IMG/VR virus record: IMGVR_UViG_3300021959_000045
Coordinates: 1 to 56,998 of that record
Strand: one strand, 5' to 3'
Source of the DNA: a virus
Lineage: Duplodnaviria > Caudoviricetes
Length of the DNA stretch: 56,998 nucleotides
Within the stretch, counting starts at the first letter, position 1. Every line of letters starts with the position of its first letter. A program made the position numbers and the translations under genes. This document shows positions 18,620 to 28,430 of this stretch, piece by piece. Under the pieces are notes generated by a model, which ran no database searches, was not told the DNA's origin, and saw nothing but the letters and a program-made list of their open reading frames with translations.

Positions 18620-19201
18620 AATGAGTACCTCAACAACCTCATTTATCGATAAAGTAACACCGTTAAAAGTAGTTTTGAGGTTTTTAGTATAATTTAAGTC
18701 AAAATTATAGTTTGCTTCGGGCATGACCAATACAATTTGACAGCTAAGTTCACCAGAAGGGTCATAAGTATCATAATCGAGAATAAGTTCCTGATACTTT
18801 AAAAAGTCTTTCCAATATACGGACAGTTCGAATGTGTTTTCAAAATCTATCTTGCCGTTTTCGGCGAGTAATTGATAAACAATTGCACGTCCAGTTTGTT
18901 TGTAATCGTTGATTGACCAAGAAGTTACGGTTTCTGTTGACGATGGTTTGTAAACCCCCTCTGAAACTATGAGACGGTTTTTTTTAAAAGTTTTGTTGGT
19001 AAAAACTGTTCTCATTGCTTCTGCTTGAAGATACAATTGCCTTGCTACCAATTGTTTGTCAACATCCAATTGTTCAAACTGAACCCGTGAACCACGAGAT
19101 CCTAAAAACTTAGCAATCGTTATGCCAGGCGCAAGGGGTGTCGCAGAAGTAATCTCCGACTGAAAATTTGGATTATATACGGGATCAACAAGATATATCA
19201 T
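18569..19201 (-). CDS. Hypothetical baseplate-region protein between the gp5 beta-helix gene and gp25
   Basis: 210-aa ORF, TAATG-coupled to the upstream gene. Confidence 0.75.
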   Translation of the reverse strand: MIYLVDPVYNPNFQSEITSATPLAPGITIAKFLGSRGSRVQFEQLDVDKQLVARQLYLQAEAMRTVFTNKTFKKNRLIVSEGVYKPSSTETVTSWSINDYKQTGRAIVYQLLAENGKIDFENTFELSVYWKDFLKYQELILDYDTYDPSGELSCQIVLVMPEANYNFDLNYTKNLKTTFNGVTLSINEVVEVLIPSSTETGTSLLKKTVS

Positions 19202-20643
19202 TACGGAGTAAACCTCTTACTTCTATTTTCTGCCGGGTTGTTACCCAACAGAGTCCTACCAAATTGTAAACTTGGATTTTTATTATATGCTCGACCAATA
19301 TATTGAGGACGAACATCAGCATATTTACTGGATAACCGTCCTTCACCTATTAACGCACCAATCAAAGTTGCGTTCTGAAGATTTGCAGGGTCTCTTAATT
19401 TAGAACGTATTTCGTGAATACTGGGTTCTCTATTAAATAAACCATCATAATCGTCAGTCTTTAGAATTTCTAGCTTCAATTCATCGCCTGGGTCAACATT
19501 TACATTTCGTATACCGTAGTTGCCAGACGATAATAAAGGTGTCATGATTGCGGTTGTTGGCATATCTGCTGTGGGTTTAATTTGAATATAAGGCATTTCC
19601 GTTGGATACTTCTCAGTATCCCTCACAGCAGAAGCTCCAGTAGCTGTGTTCACCTCAGCAGGAGCTGAGAAGGCAAAGCCGGCTTTGTTGGCAAAGTCTG
19701 ATGTGATCGCTTCTGTCGCTTTACCGATAAAGGTCCCATAATGTGTTGTAGCACCTAATCCAGAACCGCCTGGTGGTCCTGAGAAGACTTTACCATAGTG
19801 GTCAATTAACTGTCCACCAATTGTTCCTGTCACACCAATAACGGAAACAGTGTCACCTGATATGTTTGTGATTTGAGAGGAAGCAACCCATTCATCAACA
19901 GCGGTGGTAATTAGTTTTTTACCACTGGTGAATTCAACATTACCTTCAACAAAGTTGTTTTGTTCTCCCTTGACAAATACGTTTCTGTCTGATAACATAG
20001 TTTCAGTGTTAACATCAACCACTCGAAGAGACCTAGAACCTTTTACCACATGGTTTTGATTTTCGTCTACGGTCTTAGTGTGATTGCGATGTATCTTTTC
20101 GGTTTTATTACCAGCAGTAGTAACGTTAATGTTACCTTCGACTTCTAAATTATAATCCCCAGCAATTTTAACATTGACGTTGCCTTTGTATACGAGGTCC
20201 GCTTGACCTTCCACAATCACAACATCATCACCGCCTGTTACAGAAACCTTTTTGTTTACTGACGAAAATAAAACACTTCCATCGGCTCTCAATTCTAGTC
20301 CCGCTCCTGTCCTATGTTTGATTAGAATTCTTTCACCGCCTGGTGTATCATCCACATGAATAGCATGACCAGAAGTAGTTTCTTGTACTTGATTGTAAGG
20401 AAACTGTGAGGGGTTTTGGTCAGAAAACTCAACGGATACATCATAATCACCACCACCCGCAAATAGAGATTCTATTGTTTCTCCCCGAGCGGATTTATTA
20501 ATAGACGAACCGAAGAAGTAGTCTCTCTTGGGAAACTCTCCTGAGGCCTCATTAAAACCTTCTCTAGGAACACCTTTCGTGTTCTCTTGTCCTGCCCCTA
20601 AAGTTTTGATCCGGTTTGAAAAGTTGTCTAATGTAGTTGTCAT
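19201..20643 (-). CDS. gp5-like spike, beta-helix portion
   Basis: FPYNQVQETTSGHAIHVDDTPGGERILIKHRTG followed by VxGxxxxx octapeptide repeats. Confidence 0.85.
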   Translation of the reverse strand: MTTTLDNFSNRIKTLGAGQENTKGVPREGFNEASGEFPKRDYFFGSSINKSARGETIESLFAGGGDYDVSVEFSDQNPSQFPYNQVQETTSGHAIHVDDTPGGERILIKHRTGAGLELRADGSVLFSSVNKKVSVTGGDDVVIVEGQADLVYKGNVNVKIAGDYNLEVEGNINVTTAGNKTEKIHRNHTKTVDENQNHVVKGSRSLRVVDVNTETMLSDRNVFVKGEQNNFVEGNVEFTSGKKLITTAVDEWVASSQITNISGDTVSVIGVTGTIGGQLIDHYGKVFSGPPGGSGLGATTHYGTFIGKATEAITSDFANKAGFAFSAPAEVNTATGASAVRDTEKYPTEMPYIQIKPTADMPTTAIMTPLLSSGNYGIRNVNVDPGDELKLEILKTDDYDGLFNREPSIHEIRSKLRDPANLQNATLIGALIGEGRLSSKYADVRPQYIGRAYNKNPSLQFGRTLLGNNPAENRSKRFTP

Positions 20644-22382
20644 AATATTTTACTTTCGTTTATTTCTTTACTAGTAAACGGCGATTGAGAAGATGGATCA
20701 GAAAATAATGATTTCTTTCCAAACACATCTTCACAAAAATCTCTTACATCAAATCCTGGGTCATCCTCCAACGAGTTCAAATCATTATGTCCTAAAATCT
20801 GACCGCCTGGAAAAGTACGATAAAACGCTTTACATATCTCTTGAAATGATGTGAACTGACTTCGGGTCAAAGAACTTGATGACTTATATTCTAAAGGGTC
20901 GGGTGTTCCTGTAGGCGCATTAATACCTCCTACAAATACAACTCCTATACTCCTTTCGTTGTGACCGTTTACATCAACATGTTCACCTTGTATATTTACA
21001 GGTCGACCTCTTTGTACAGAACCATCTCTTCTTATAACATAGTGATAACCGATGCCTTTTAGACCCAAAGATATCTGTGTTTTATTTATTTCCTCACTAC
21101 CGATGTTAGAGTTAGAATAAGTTTCTGTCCAATGCACAACCATTTCGGTCACTTCTCTTGTGATTGATCTAAACTCAGCATCTAATTCTTCTAATGAGGA
21201 TATAAAAGAAAACGTAAAGTTTTCTGCGCCGACACCATTATTCCAAGGTGTTTGACCTTTAATGTCAAACGGATCGTCAAAAACACTATTAGTATTATCA
21301 ACGATAATTGAACCCGCTATTGTAGAATCTAAAGCATTAAGAAGATCTTTAGCCTCTTTAGGTGTCTTACTATATTTTTTTTGCAAAATTCTTCGGGCTT
21401 CGGCTTTTTGGACCTGAGTTCCTTGTGATAAACGAATGATTTCATCCCGATCTTCTTTAGTTGTTATAATTTTGTTAGCAACAAAAACATTATCTAAACT
21501 ATTAGTATCAAGTTTACGAACCAAGTTTTGTGCAAATCCAAGTTTTCCTATTGGAAAACTTCGCTCCAAAGATGATATGAATTTGTTTCTCTCATTCACA
21601 ACACCGGCTCTAGTATTTTTATAATTACGAACCTCTTTAATAACATCCTGACCTTTTCTACCAGTTACCGCACCCAACACACCACCAACATCAGGAGATA
21701 TTGCAGTAACCACAGTATTTGCAACATCAGTAATAGCGGAACTTCCTTCATTTTGAAAAGCTGTTAACCTATTGGTCGAACCTGTTTTACCATCCGTAAC
21801 TGCATTAGTTACGACATCGTTAATAATACTTTGAGTCCTTGATGATAGATTGTTTACTGCACCAATACTAGAAAAAGCCCCAACATTTCCAGCAACAGAG
21901 TTAATCGATGTATTAAGTCCCTTTGAATTAGCATTTGAAATCATTTTTTGTAGATAACCAGGCGCAACCCCCAGGCCAGTTATTCCACTCAAGATTGAAG
22001 ATAATGAACCACTTTCTTTTTTAGCGTATGATATTCCAGTGTTACGCCCACTGTCATTATATGTTATTGAAACACCAACTCCAATCTCGGAAGACAGACT
22101 ACTGATATCTGTATTAAGTGCTGGATTAATAGAACCATCCAGAGCTCCTGAAGTTAAAACCCCTTCAGTTGGAGTGAAATTTTCTGCACCAATAATATCA
22201 GTTTTACTTGTGACAGATTTAACTCCGCCTATAACCTGATTTGTTTCTTTACCCACTTCCGTTGATTTTACAACATCAAAGGTTTCTTGTACTTGAGATG
22301 AAGCATTATCCACACCACTATAAGAAACTGTTGTTTTCGTTGAGTTTAATTCGTTGTCAAAACTTTCTTTACTAATAGCCAT
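20640..22382 (-). CDS. Protein with long S/G/T/N-rich N-terminus and C-terminal N-acetylmuramoyl-L-alanine amidase (Amidase_2, T7-lysozyme-like)
   Basis: MVVHWT, IGYHYVIRRDGSVQRGRP, GHNERSIGVVFVGG, ILGHNDL...DPGFDV. Confidence 0.85.
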   Translation of the reverse strand: MAISKESFDNELNSTKTTVSYSGVDNASSQVQETFDVVKSTEVGKETNQVIGGVKSVTSKTDIIGAENFTPTEGVLTSGALDGSINPALNTDISSLSSEIGVGVSITYNDSGRNTGISYAKKESGSLSSILSGITGLGVAPGYLQKMISNANSKGLNTSINSVAGNVGAFSSIGAVNNLSSRTQSIINDVVTNAVTDGKTGSTNRLTAFQNEGSSAITDVANTVVTAISPDVGGVLGAVTGRKGQDVIKEVRNYKNTRAGVVNERNKFISSLERSFPIGKLGFAQNLVRKLDTNSLDNVFVANKIITTKEDRDEIIRLSQGTQVQKAEARRILQKKYSKTPKEAKDLLNALDSTIAGSIIVDNTNSVFDDPFDIKGQTPWNNGVGAENFTFSFISSLEELDAEFRSITREVTEMVVHWTETYSNSNIGSEEINKTQISLGLKGIGYHYVIRRDGSVQRGRPVNIQGEHVDVNGHNERSIGVVFVGGINAPTGTPDPLEYKSSSSLTRSQFTSFQEICKAFYRTFPGGQILGHNDLNSLEDDPGFDVRDFCEDVFGKKSLFSDPSSQSPFTSKEINESKIL

Positions 22383-22387
22383 TTAAT

Positions 22388-23314
22388 TCACACCGTAACT
22401 TCATTATATGCTTTGGTAGCATTTTTGATTGCTGTATTTATTCTTCGGTCATTCCTCATAAAGAAAGTTGTTTCTACACCAGCAATGAAACGATTTTTCA
22501 GATACAATCTACTAATAATATCCACCGAACCACCAGTCCCATCGATTAGTTCTGATTTTAAAAGTTTTGCGTTTGCATTAGAAAATCGTGTTCTTAATTC
22601 GTAAAGCACATATTGTAATTGCACCGAATAACGGTTTATTGTTGTTCTTGTTTGAATTTGTGTTGCGAAAGTTATGAGGTTTTTATACCTTGTCCCATTC
22701 TTATCCCATTTGGCTATACCGAAAAATTGACTATCGGGTTCGTCCGGTGTTGATGTTACGAAACGAGAAACCGCCTCCAAACATCCAGTAATACCCGCAG
22801 CTTGGCGAGCGGTATAACCGTTGTTTATGAAAAATTTCATACTTTGACTTCTTCGGGTTCCCAGGTTTCCTTCCGACAAACTATCATCTACCATTTCTTC
22901 CGAAACGATATCAACCTTTCTGTCGGGATTATATTCCGATTTAAAACGACTTAATGTTTTGTCTTTGGATGATCTTGCCTGAACATCTGTTGGAAATTCT
23001 ATTTTATTTAACGAACCTAATATTAACGGTGTTTGAGATGATTTGCCATCCATAAAAATACCGTACACAAAGGCCCCCGGCAATACTTGAGGCACTCTAC
23101 CGATTCCAGAACTACCACCTTCTGTCAAAGGTAACACAACGGTTGCCCACGGTAAATCAGATTCGGAGACATTACCAGTATATGGGTCATGTATTCCGTG
23201 AATACGAACACGAACTCTTCCTTCTAAACCTGGAGGAGGAGATGAACTAATCACCGTACCAACAAACCATCGGGTTTGATCACCATAATATTCTGTTTCT
23301 ATTGATCTAAGCAA
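22388..23314 (-). CDS. gp5 N-terminal OB-fold fused to a degenerate phage tail lysozyme (Phage_lysozyme2-like) domain
   Basis: WFVGTV...GRVRVRIHGIH...LPWA...VYGIFMDGKSSQTPLILGS, then GYTARQAAGITG...FGIAKW...QLQYVLYEL. Confidence 0.8.
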   Translation of the reverse strand: MLRSIETEYYGDQTRWFVGTVISSSPPPGLEGRVRVRIHGIHDPYTGNVSESDLPWATVVLPLTEGGSSGIGRVPQVLPGAFVYGIFMDGKSSQTPLILGSLNKIEFPTDVQARSSKDKTLSRFKSEYNPDRKVDIVSEEMVDDSLSEGNLGTRRSQSMKFFINNGYTARQAAGITGCLEAVSRFVTSTPDEPDSQFFGIAKWDKNGTRYKNLITFATQIQTRTTINRYSVQLQYVLYELRTRFSNANAKLLKSELIDGTGGSVDIISRLYLKNRFIAGVETTFFMRNDRRINTAIKNATKAYNEVTV

Positions 23315-24689
23315 AATCAGTTACTCCCGTTCTCGCCTGTACAGGGAAGTCCTTTGTTATTTTGGTTGCATTGATAGAGACCGAATGTTTCGAGTCTCTA
23401 AACATATGACGAGTAGCATAGATTAAATAATTACCAGATTTTTGTTTGTCTATCAATTCTTCAGCATTTTTGACATTAGGATCTGCTGCACTGGAGTTAA
23501 ATACACACCTCATAATATCTCCAACGCTTGCTTTGGAATACATAAACGCAACTCCAGGCACAACAACATTAACCATATTTCTATACAAAGCATTTCTCAG
23601 TGCTGAATTTTTTAATTTTAATGTATTGTCAAGACTATCAACAACATCATGATATCCCAAAAAGGTATCGTAAGTTCCGGAGGACGATATTTGATGATAT
23701 ACTTTGGAATCATATTCGTCAATAAATTTATTTCCAATGGACTGTGTTTCATCGAATACTGTTTGTGTTGATGTATCCGGCAATAAATCTTTACTTCTCA
23801 TATCTAGGAGAACATCTCTGATGTTAAAACGGTTTCTTGTGGTGATACCATTACCAATGTCGGTGTTAGTATAGAGAGAACCCAATGCGCCTTTAGAAAC
23901 CATCATTAACGAATCTTCTGATGATTCTTGTTTATATTTTTCAATGAGAAAACTTCTCTGGTCTTCAGATAATGCTTCAGCATTACCAGCAAGACTTGCT
24001 GAATAAATGAAAGGAACCTTTGTATTAAATGCCTTCTGTGACAAAAAACCTTCCAGACTGGAGATACGAATATTATTATCATAAAGTGATGAATGAACAA
24101 AATAAGGCGCACCAATTTCAGTGGTCATTCGGTCTCGTAACCAATCAACAGCTTCGAGAGGATTCATATAAGGTATATTTATTTTCCGAACACCCTGTGC
24201 AGATTTAGTGAGGTAGGATTGGTCAACATTTCTTTTTAGATATCCCACGATAATTTCAGTAATGGTTGTTTCCAAGTTAGCTGTAAAAGACTTGCTAACT
24301 TTGATTAGTCTATTTAAAAAGAAATGTTCTTCTACCAAAGACACCAACATTACATCTGTTCTATCGTTGGTTCGAACCGTTCTCTCAATCTTGGTCATAA
24401 TAAATGTTTTTTGTTTGTTATCGTTACCGCCTATCTCAGGTTCTAATGAATTTCCTACTCCAGCTATTTCAAATGTAATTTTTTCTGTGCCTCGAAAGTT
24501 TAAAGAATCAAAAACGGCATTATCGTCTACTAATATCATTTTTCCGGTGATATAAGGATATTCTAGATTTTCATAAAAAACAAGTTCAGGAATGAGAGAA
24601 CGAACATCAATCGTTCTCTCCCCCAGTTTATCAGCAGAAATTTCTGCCTTTAACAGTTTGTATTGTTGCGAAATATTTTGTTCTGTCAT
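23307..24689 (-). CDS. Putative baseplate hub protein (gp27-like)
   Basis: Position between gp53 and gp5; FYENLEYPYITG, IPYMNPLEAVDWL, SGNYLIYATRHMF. Confidence 0.6.
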   Translation of the reverse strand: MTEQNISQQYKLLKAEISADKLGERTIDVRSLIPELVFYENLEYPYITGKMILVDDNAVFDSLNFRGTEKITFEIAGVGNSLEPEIGGNDNKQKTFIMTKIERTVRTNDRTDVMLVSLVEEHFFLNRLIKVSKSFTANLETTITEIIVGYLKRNVDQSYLTKSAQGVRKINIPYMNPLEAVDWLRDRMTTEIGAPYFVHSSLYDNNIRISSLEGFLSQKAFNTKVPFIYSASLAGNAEALSEDQRSFLIEKYKQESSEDSLMMVSKGALGSLYTNTDIGNGITTRNRFNIRDVLLDMRSKDLLPDTSTQTVFDETQSIGNKFIDEYDSKVYHQISSSGTYDTFLGYHDVVDSLDNTLKLKNSALRNALYRNMVNVVVPGVAFMYSKASVGDIMRCVFNSSAADPNVKNAEELIDKQKSGNYLIYATRHMFRDSKHSVSINATKITKDFPVQARTGVTDFA

Positions 24690-25501
24690 GTCTTTATCAG
24701 TTTTTGGAACTCGCCGACAATCTGATTAATTATCCCAGGTCGGACTACTGCAATTTCTCTGAGCGATTGATTTTTGGCTTGGAAATTATCTTTAAAGGTA
24801 ACTCTGGTCAATCCTGTGGTATCTTGAGTTAATGGGTCGATGTCTTGATATTCGCCATCTGAATTTTCCCAGTGGTGAACACCTAAATATTCTTTAGTAT
24901 TTGAATTTAAACCAAAAGCACCAGTTAAATTATATGTTACATTAGCAGTTTCGAATTGTATGCCTGTCACTGATGGAAACGCACCTTCTACTTGCGCTAC
25001 AGAGACCGATATGGGGTTAGCATCTAAATCCGCAGGATTTTGTCTTAAAAACGTCGAACGTAATATAATTTGTCCCGTAGTTGGTTCTGCCCGAACAACT
25101 TTAGCGTAGTAACCAGCCGCACCAACCCCTGTCAAAACAAGGTCTTGTCCTTCAGTTAAAAGACCAGCAAAAAACCCATTTGTAATAAAAGACCAGTGTC
25201 GATATCTTTCTTGTATAACTTCAAACTCTCTATCGACATCTAAAGGCCAACCAGACTCTCTCAATTTATCATTCATTAAAAAGAATGTCCAGTAATAATC
25301 AGTGGTATTATAAAGTTTGTAAGAAAATGTGTCTGGTCTTTCGAAATCAAGTACTTCTTTCTTAATAACAAAGGATACATCCTGTTTAATTTCATCGAAC
25401 AAATCTATTGCGGCAGACAATTTCTGAAAATAGACTTCAGGTTCATTGTCACCAAAAGAATATTTGATAAAAGGGAAATTTCTAAAATAAAATTGTGACA
25501 T
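24686..25501 (-). CDS. gp53: Baseplate wedge subunit gp53
   Basis: YFRNFPFIKY, ERPDTFSYKLY..TDYYWTFFLMN...WPL. Confidence 0.88.
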   Translation of the reverse strand: MSQFYFRNFPFIKYSFGDNEPEVYFQKLSAAIDLFDEIKQDVSFVIKKEVLDFERPDTFSYKLYNTTDYYWTFFLMNDKLRESGWPLDVDREFEVIQERYRHWSFITNGFFAGLLTEGQDLVLTGVGAAGYYAKVVRAEPTTGQIILRSTFLRQNPADLDANPISVSVAQVEGAFPSVTGIQFETANVTYNLTGAFGLNSNTKEYLGVHHWENSDGEYQDIDPLTQDTTGLTRVTFKDNFQAKNQSLREIAVVRPGIINQIVGEFQKLIKT

Positions 25502-25503
25502 TT

Positions 25504-26580
25504 TTAATAACCGCCGTTTATAATATCTTTTCTGTGAAGAGTTCTAGCCTCTCTAAAGTTTAAAGTAATATCCACTTCTTGGAAACTACCATCGCTGTGC
25601 ATACCCATAGAAGTGTTGTTATACACAGTCTGAACACTTTCAAGGTAACATGGAAGAATTTTAGTAGCGACCCCCCTTTCATTATAAAACATTTCTATGT
25701 TAATCTTATTGGGAAATTTGTACCCTAGAGGAACTGACCCAGATTGATCTTGTTCCTCTCCTAGTAATATCTGTTCCGGATAGAGCTCTCTACGAAAAAA
25801 ATTAACCACTTTCTTTATCTCTAAACTTTCCGCCGCAGATAGTGGGATAAGTTTAAAAGAAAAAGTAAAGGCACGCATATTGACTGACTTAAAGAGCGCA
25901 CGTGTGTTTGGATTAACTGTAACTCTATTTGCAGAACGAACTCCCGCAGCGGCCGCATCCCCTCCAAGACCCGCAACTGAGTTTGCGGCGAGTTTTGCAG
26001 AACCTTCGGCTGGGCCGCCAGTAAAGGAACCTATAAGAGAACTAATCCCAGCGCCTGTGCTGGCAAGAAAACCACCACCTGTACTAACAGCCCCCTTTCC
26101 ACCCTGTTCTGCTAATCCACCGACCATTCCCAAATCAACGTTTTCATACTGAACACCATCTGCAAAGGTGATTGCTTGTGGTAAGAAAAGAATACACTGT
26201 TTACTGCCAGGGGGTGGGGATTTATTTTGTGCCGAACGATTAATTGTGCTGGTTCTTTGAGCTTGTCGAGAGGCCTCAACTTTTCGCTTAAGATCTTCAA
26301 CGTATTCTTCTGAATTCTTTCTTAACCTTTCTCCACGTTCATCAGTTGCGTTGCCATTTTCCGTTAAAGACTCCTGTTTGGTCGACATTGCCTGTTTGAT
26401 TTCATCGATATTGGTTTCTTCATCTTCGATGACGCTAAATATAACTTTACCCTGATAATCCTGTCTGTAGGTTAATGGAAAGACGGGGTTAATATCACCC
26501 TTTTCAGAAAAGGTCGTATCAGCGATGGTTTTCGCTGCAACGAGAGTGGTCTTACTAGTGTTTAGGTTTGTTTCGGCCAT
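25504..26580 (-). CDS. gp48: Baseplate tail-tube cap gp48
   Basis: NPNTRALFKSVNMRAFTFSFKLIP.S..ES..I..VV.FFR; C-terminal EVDITLNFRE. Confidence 0.85.
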   Translation of the reverse strand: MAETNLNTSKTTLVAAKTIADTTFSEKGDINPVFPLTYRQDYQGKVIFSVIEDEETNIDEIKQAMSTKQESLTENGNATDERGERLRKNSEEYVEDLKRKVEASRQAQRTSTINRSAQNKSPPPGSKQCILFLPQAITFADGVQYENVDLGMVGGLAEQGGKGAVSTGGGFLASTGAGISSLIGSFTGGPAEGSAKLAANSVAGLGGDAAAAGVRSANRVTVNPNTRALFKSVNMRAFTFSFKLIPLSAAESLEIKKVVNFFRRELYPEQILLGEEQDQSGSVPLGYKFPNKINIEMFYNERGVATKILPCYLESVQTVYNNTSMGMHSDGSFQEVDITLNFREARTLHRKDIINGGY

Positions 26581-26592
26581 TGATAGAAACTC

Positions 26593-26621
26593 GATAAATA
26601 GATTTACTGGTTTTATTTATA
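26593..26621. promoter_or_regulatory. Pair of late promoters at the divergent gp48/gp4 junction
   Basis: GATAAATA on the plus strand at 26593-26600 and TATAAATA on the minus strand at 26614-26621. Confidence 0.65.
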
Positions 26622-26629
26622 GTGAAAAT

Positions 26630-27118
26630 ATGGCATATTCTGGCAGATATACAGTTAAAAACAAATCCAAATATAAAGGGGATTATACAAAGGTTTTTTA
26701 TAGAAGTCATTGGGAAAAACACTGTATGCAGTTTTTTGACCAAACCGACGCCATCAAAGAGTGGTCTTCAGAAGAAATTGTTATACCATATCTTTATGAA
26801 GTGGACAAGAGATACCATCGTTATTTTATGGATTTCAAGGTCGTATGGGAAAACAATACAACGACTTTGATTGAAGTCAAACCTAACAAAGAAACAAAAC
26901 CTCCCACTGGCAACCGTAGAACAAAACGGTATATTACTGAAGGATATACTTTTGTTAAAAATCAAAATAAGTGGGAAGCCGCAAACGAATATGCAAAAGA
27001 CAGGGGATGGGATTTCCAAATATGGACTGAAATAGAATTAAGACGAATGGGAATTCTCCCTAAATCTACCAGACCGCTCAAGAAAATGAAACCTTTCTCT
27101 AGAAAAAAGACTAAATAA
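26630..27118 (+). CDS. gp4: Head completion nuclease gp4 (TnsA-like)
   Basis: MAYSGRY..KN..KYKGD...YRSHWE, WSSEEIVIPY, HRYFMDF, LIEVKP, NQNKWEAA. Start moved from 26525 to ATG 26630. Confidence 0.92.
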   Translation: MAYSGRYTVKNKSKYKGDYTKVFYRSHWEKHCMQFFDQTDAIKEWSSEEIVIPYLYEVDKRYHRYFMDFKVVWENNTTTLIEVKPNKETKPPTGNRRTKRYITEGYTFVKNQNKWEAANEYAKDRGWDFQIWTEIELRRMGILPKSTRPLKKMKPFSRKKTK

Positions 27119-27122
27119 AAAC

Positions 27123-27731
27123 ATGGCAAATCTTTTTCAGAAAGTAGAACAACAAGCATTCAGAGCGGGGATTACTCCTCGTTCACGGGAATCTCGTGAG
27201 TGGTTCCGCAAGAAAGTGCAGAATATGTCGATAAATAGGCGCAGTTTAATGCGCGACGATCCTATCGAACAGAAAGCTGCGGGAGCGGGGCGCCAAAGAA
27301 ATGTGATTGGTAAGATGGCGATGTTTTTCTATGATGCGAAACATAAGGACACTCTGCCCTATTGGGATGCGTTTCCTCTCATAATTATTGTGGGACCAGC
27401 AGCCAAAGGATTCTATGGATTGAATTTGCATTATTTACCAATCGCATTAAGGGCAAAATTTCTTGATTCGTTGATGGACTATACTTCTGACAATACTTAT
27501 GATGAGAACACAAGGCTTTTAATTACATATAAAAGGTTACAGAAAACTTCGAAAATGAAATATTTTAAACCTTGTTTTAAACACTACTTGACATCTCAGG
27601 TAGAACAGAAATTAGCATTTGTTCCGTCCCCCGAATGGGAGATTGCAACCTTTTTGCCAACGGCACAATGGAAAGGAGCAGGACAATCAGTTGTTTACAG
27701 AAACTCAAGAGAAAGTATAAGTGGCTTATAG
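27123..27731 (+). CDS. gp2: DNA end protector protein gp2
   Basis: MFFYDAKHKDTLPYWDAFPL, GFYGLNLHYLP, KPCFKHYL, EWEIATFLPTAQW. ACTAAATA late-type motif at 27110-27117. Confidence 0.92.
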   Translation: MANLFQKVEQQAFRAGITPRSRESREWFRKKVQNMSINRRSLMRDDPIEQKAAGAGRQRNVIGKMAMFFYDAKHKDTLPYWDAFPLIIIVGPAAKGFYGLNLHYLPIALRAKFLDSLMDYTSDNTYDENTRLLITYKRLQKTSKMKYFKPCFKHYLTSQVEQKLAFVPSPEWEIATFLPTAQWKGAGQSVVYRNSRESISGL

Positions 27732-28395
27732 TATAGAACAATTAAAAGATACTGTCAATCGAGCGGGTGGGATTGCGAAAAGTAACCTATTTCGTATCAT
27801 CTTGCCAGCACAAGAACAGGCCCGAAATCTCGATTTACTATGCCGGTCTACGACTATGCCCAGCAGATCTATACTGACTAATGATAGGACAATTGGTATT
27901 ACTAAGAACACAGTAGCATATGGTTATGATAAATCTAATGTAACTATGACCTTTCTGGTACTTAATGAACCTTATGTTAGGTACTTTTTTGAAGAGTGGA
28001 TGAATTTAATCGTTGACAACCAAACTTATCAGTTAGGATATTATTCTGACTATACTCGTAATATTAATATACAACAACTAAAACCAACTACCGACATAGA
28101 AACTTTGGCAACAAAAATAACATCGGGCAGTGATCCCACAGCAAGTACTTCGGGGAATAAACAAGATGTCAACATTCCCTACAAAGTAATTTATAATTGT
28201 TTATTAGAGGATGCTTATCCGATTGCAATGTCGGGTCCACAACTTAATGACAATCCAGACCAGTTAGTAGAAATCTCAGTTGATTTTGTCTATAAAAACT
28301 GGAGAGAAGTAAACTCTGCCAACAGTTTAAGTTCCGATTTGTCAAGAAACCAACAAAAGAACCTGATCACCAACAGCAAACCACCAGATATTTAA
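27721..28395 (+). CDS. Tail tube initiator, gp54/gp19-like
   Basis: GGIAKSNLFRI, LCRSTTMPSR, RYFFEEWMN, I.I.QL, LEDAYPI, VDFVYKNW. Confidence 0.75.
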   Translation: MAYSIEQLKDTVNRAGGIAKSNLFRIILPAQEQARNLDLLCRSTTMPSRSILTNDRTIGITKNTVAYGYDKSNVTMTFLVLNEPYVRYFFEEWMNLIVDNQTYQLGYYSDYTRNINIQQLKPTTDIETLATKITSGSDPTASTSGNKQDVNIPYKVIYNCLLEDAYPIAMSGPQLNDNPDQLVEISVDFVYKNWREVNSANSLSSDLSRNQQKNLITNSKPPDI

Positions 28396-28430
28396 TTAGT
28401 GTTATGATTTTATTATAAACGGAGAATGAA

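Noticed and set aside
18547-18991. Template/variable repeat pair of a diversity-generating retroelement
   Set aside because: Only one mismatch, block order is permuted, and there is no reverse transcriptase in the window.
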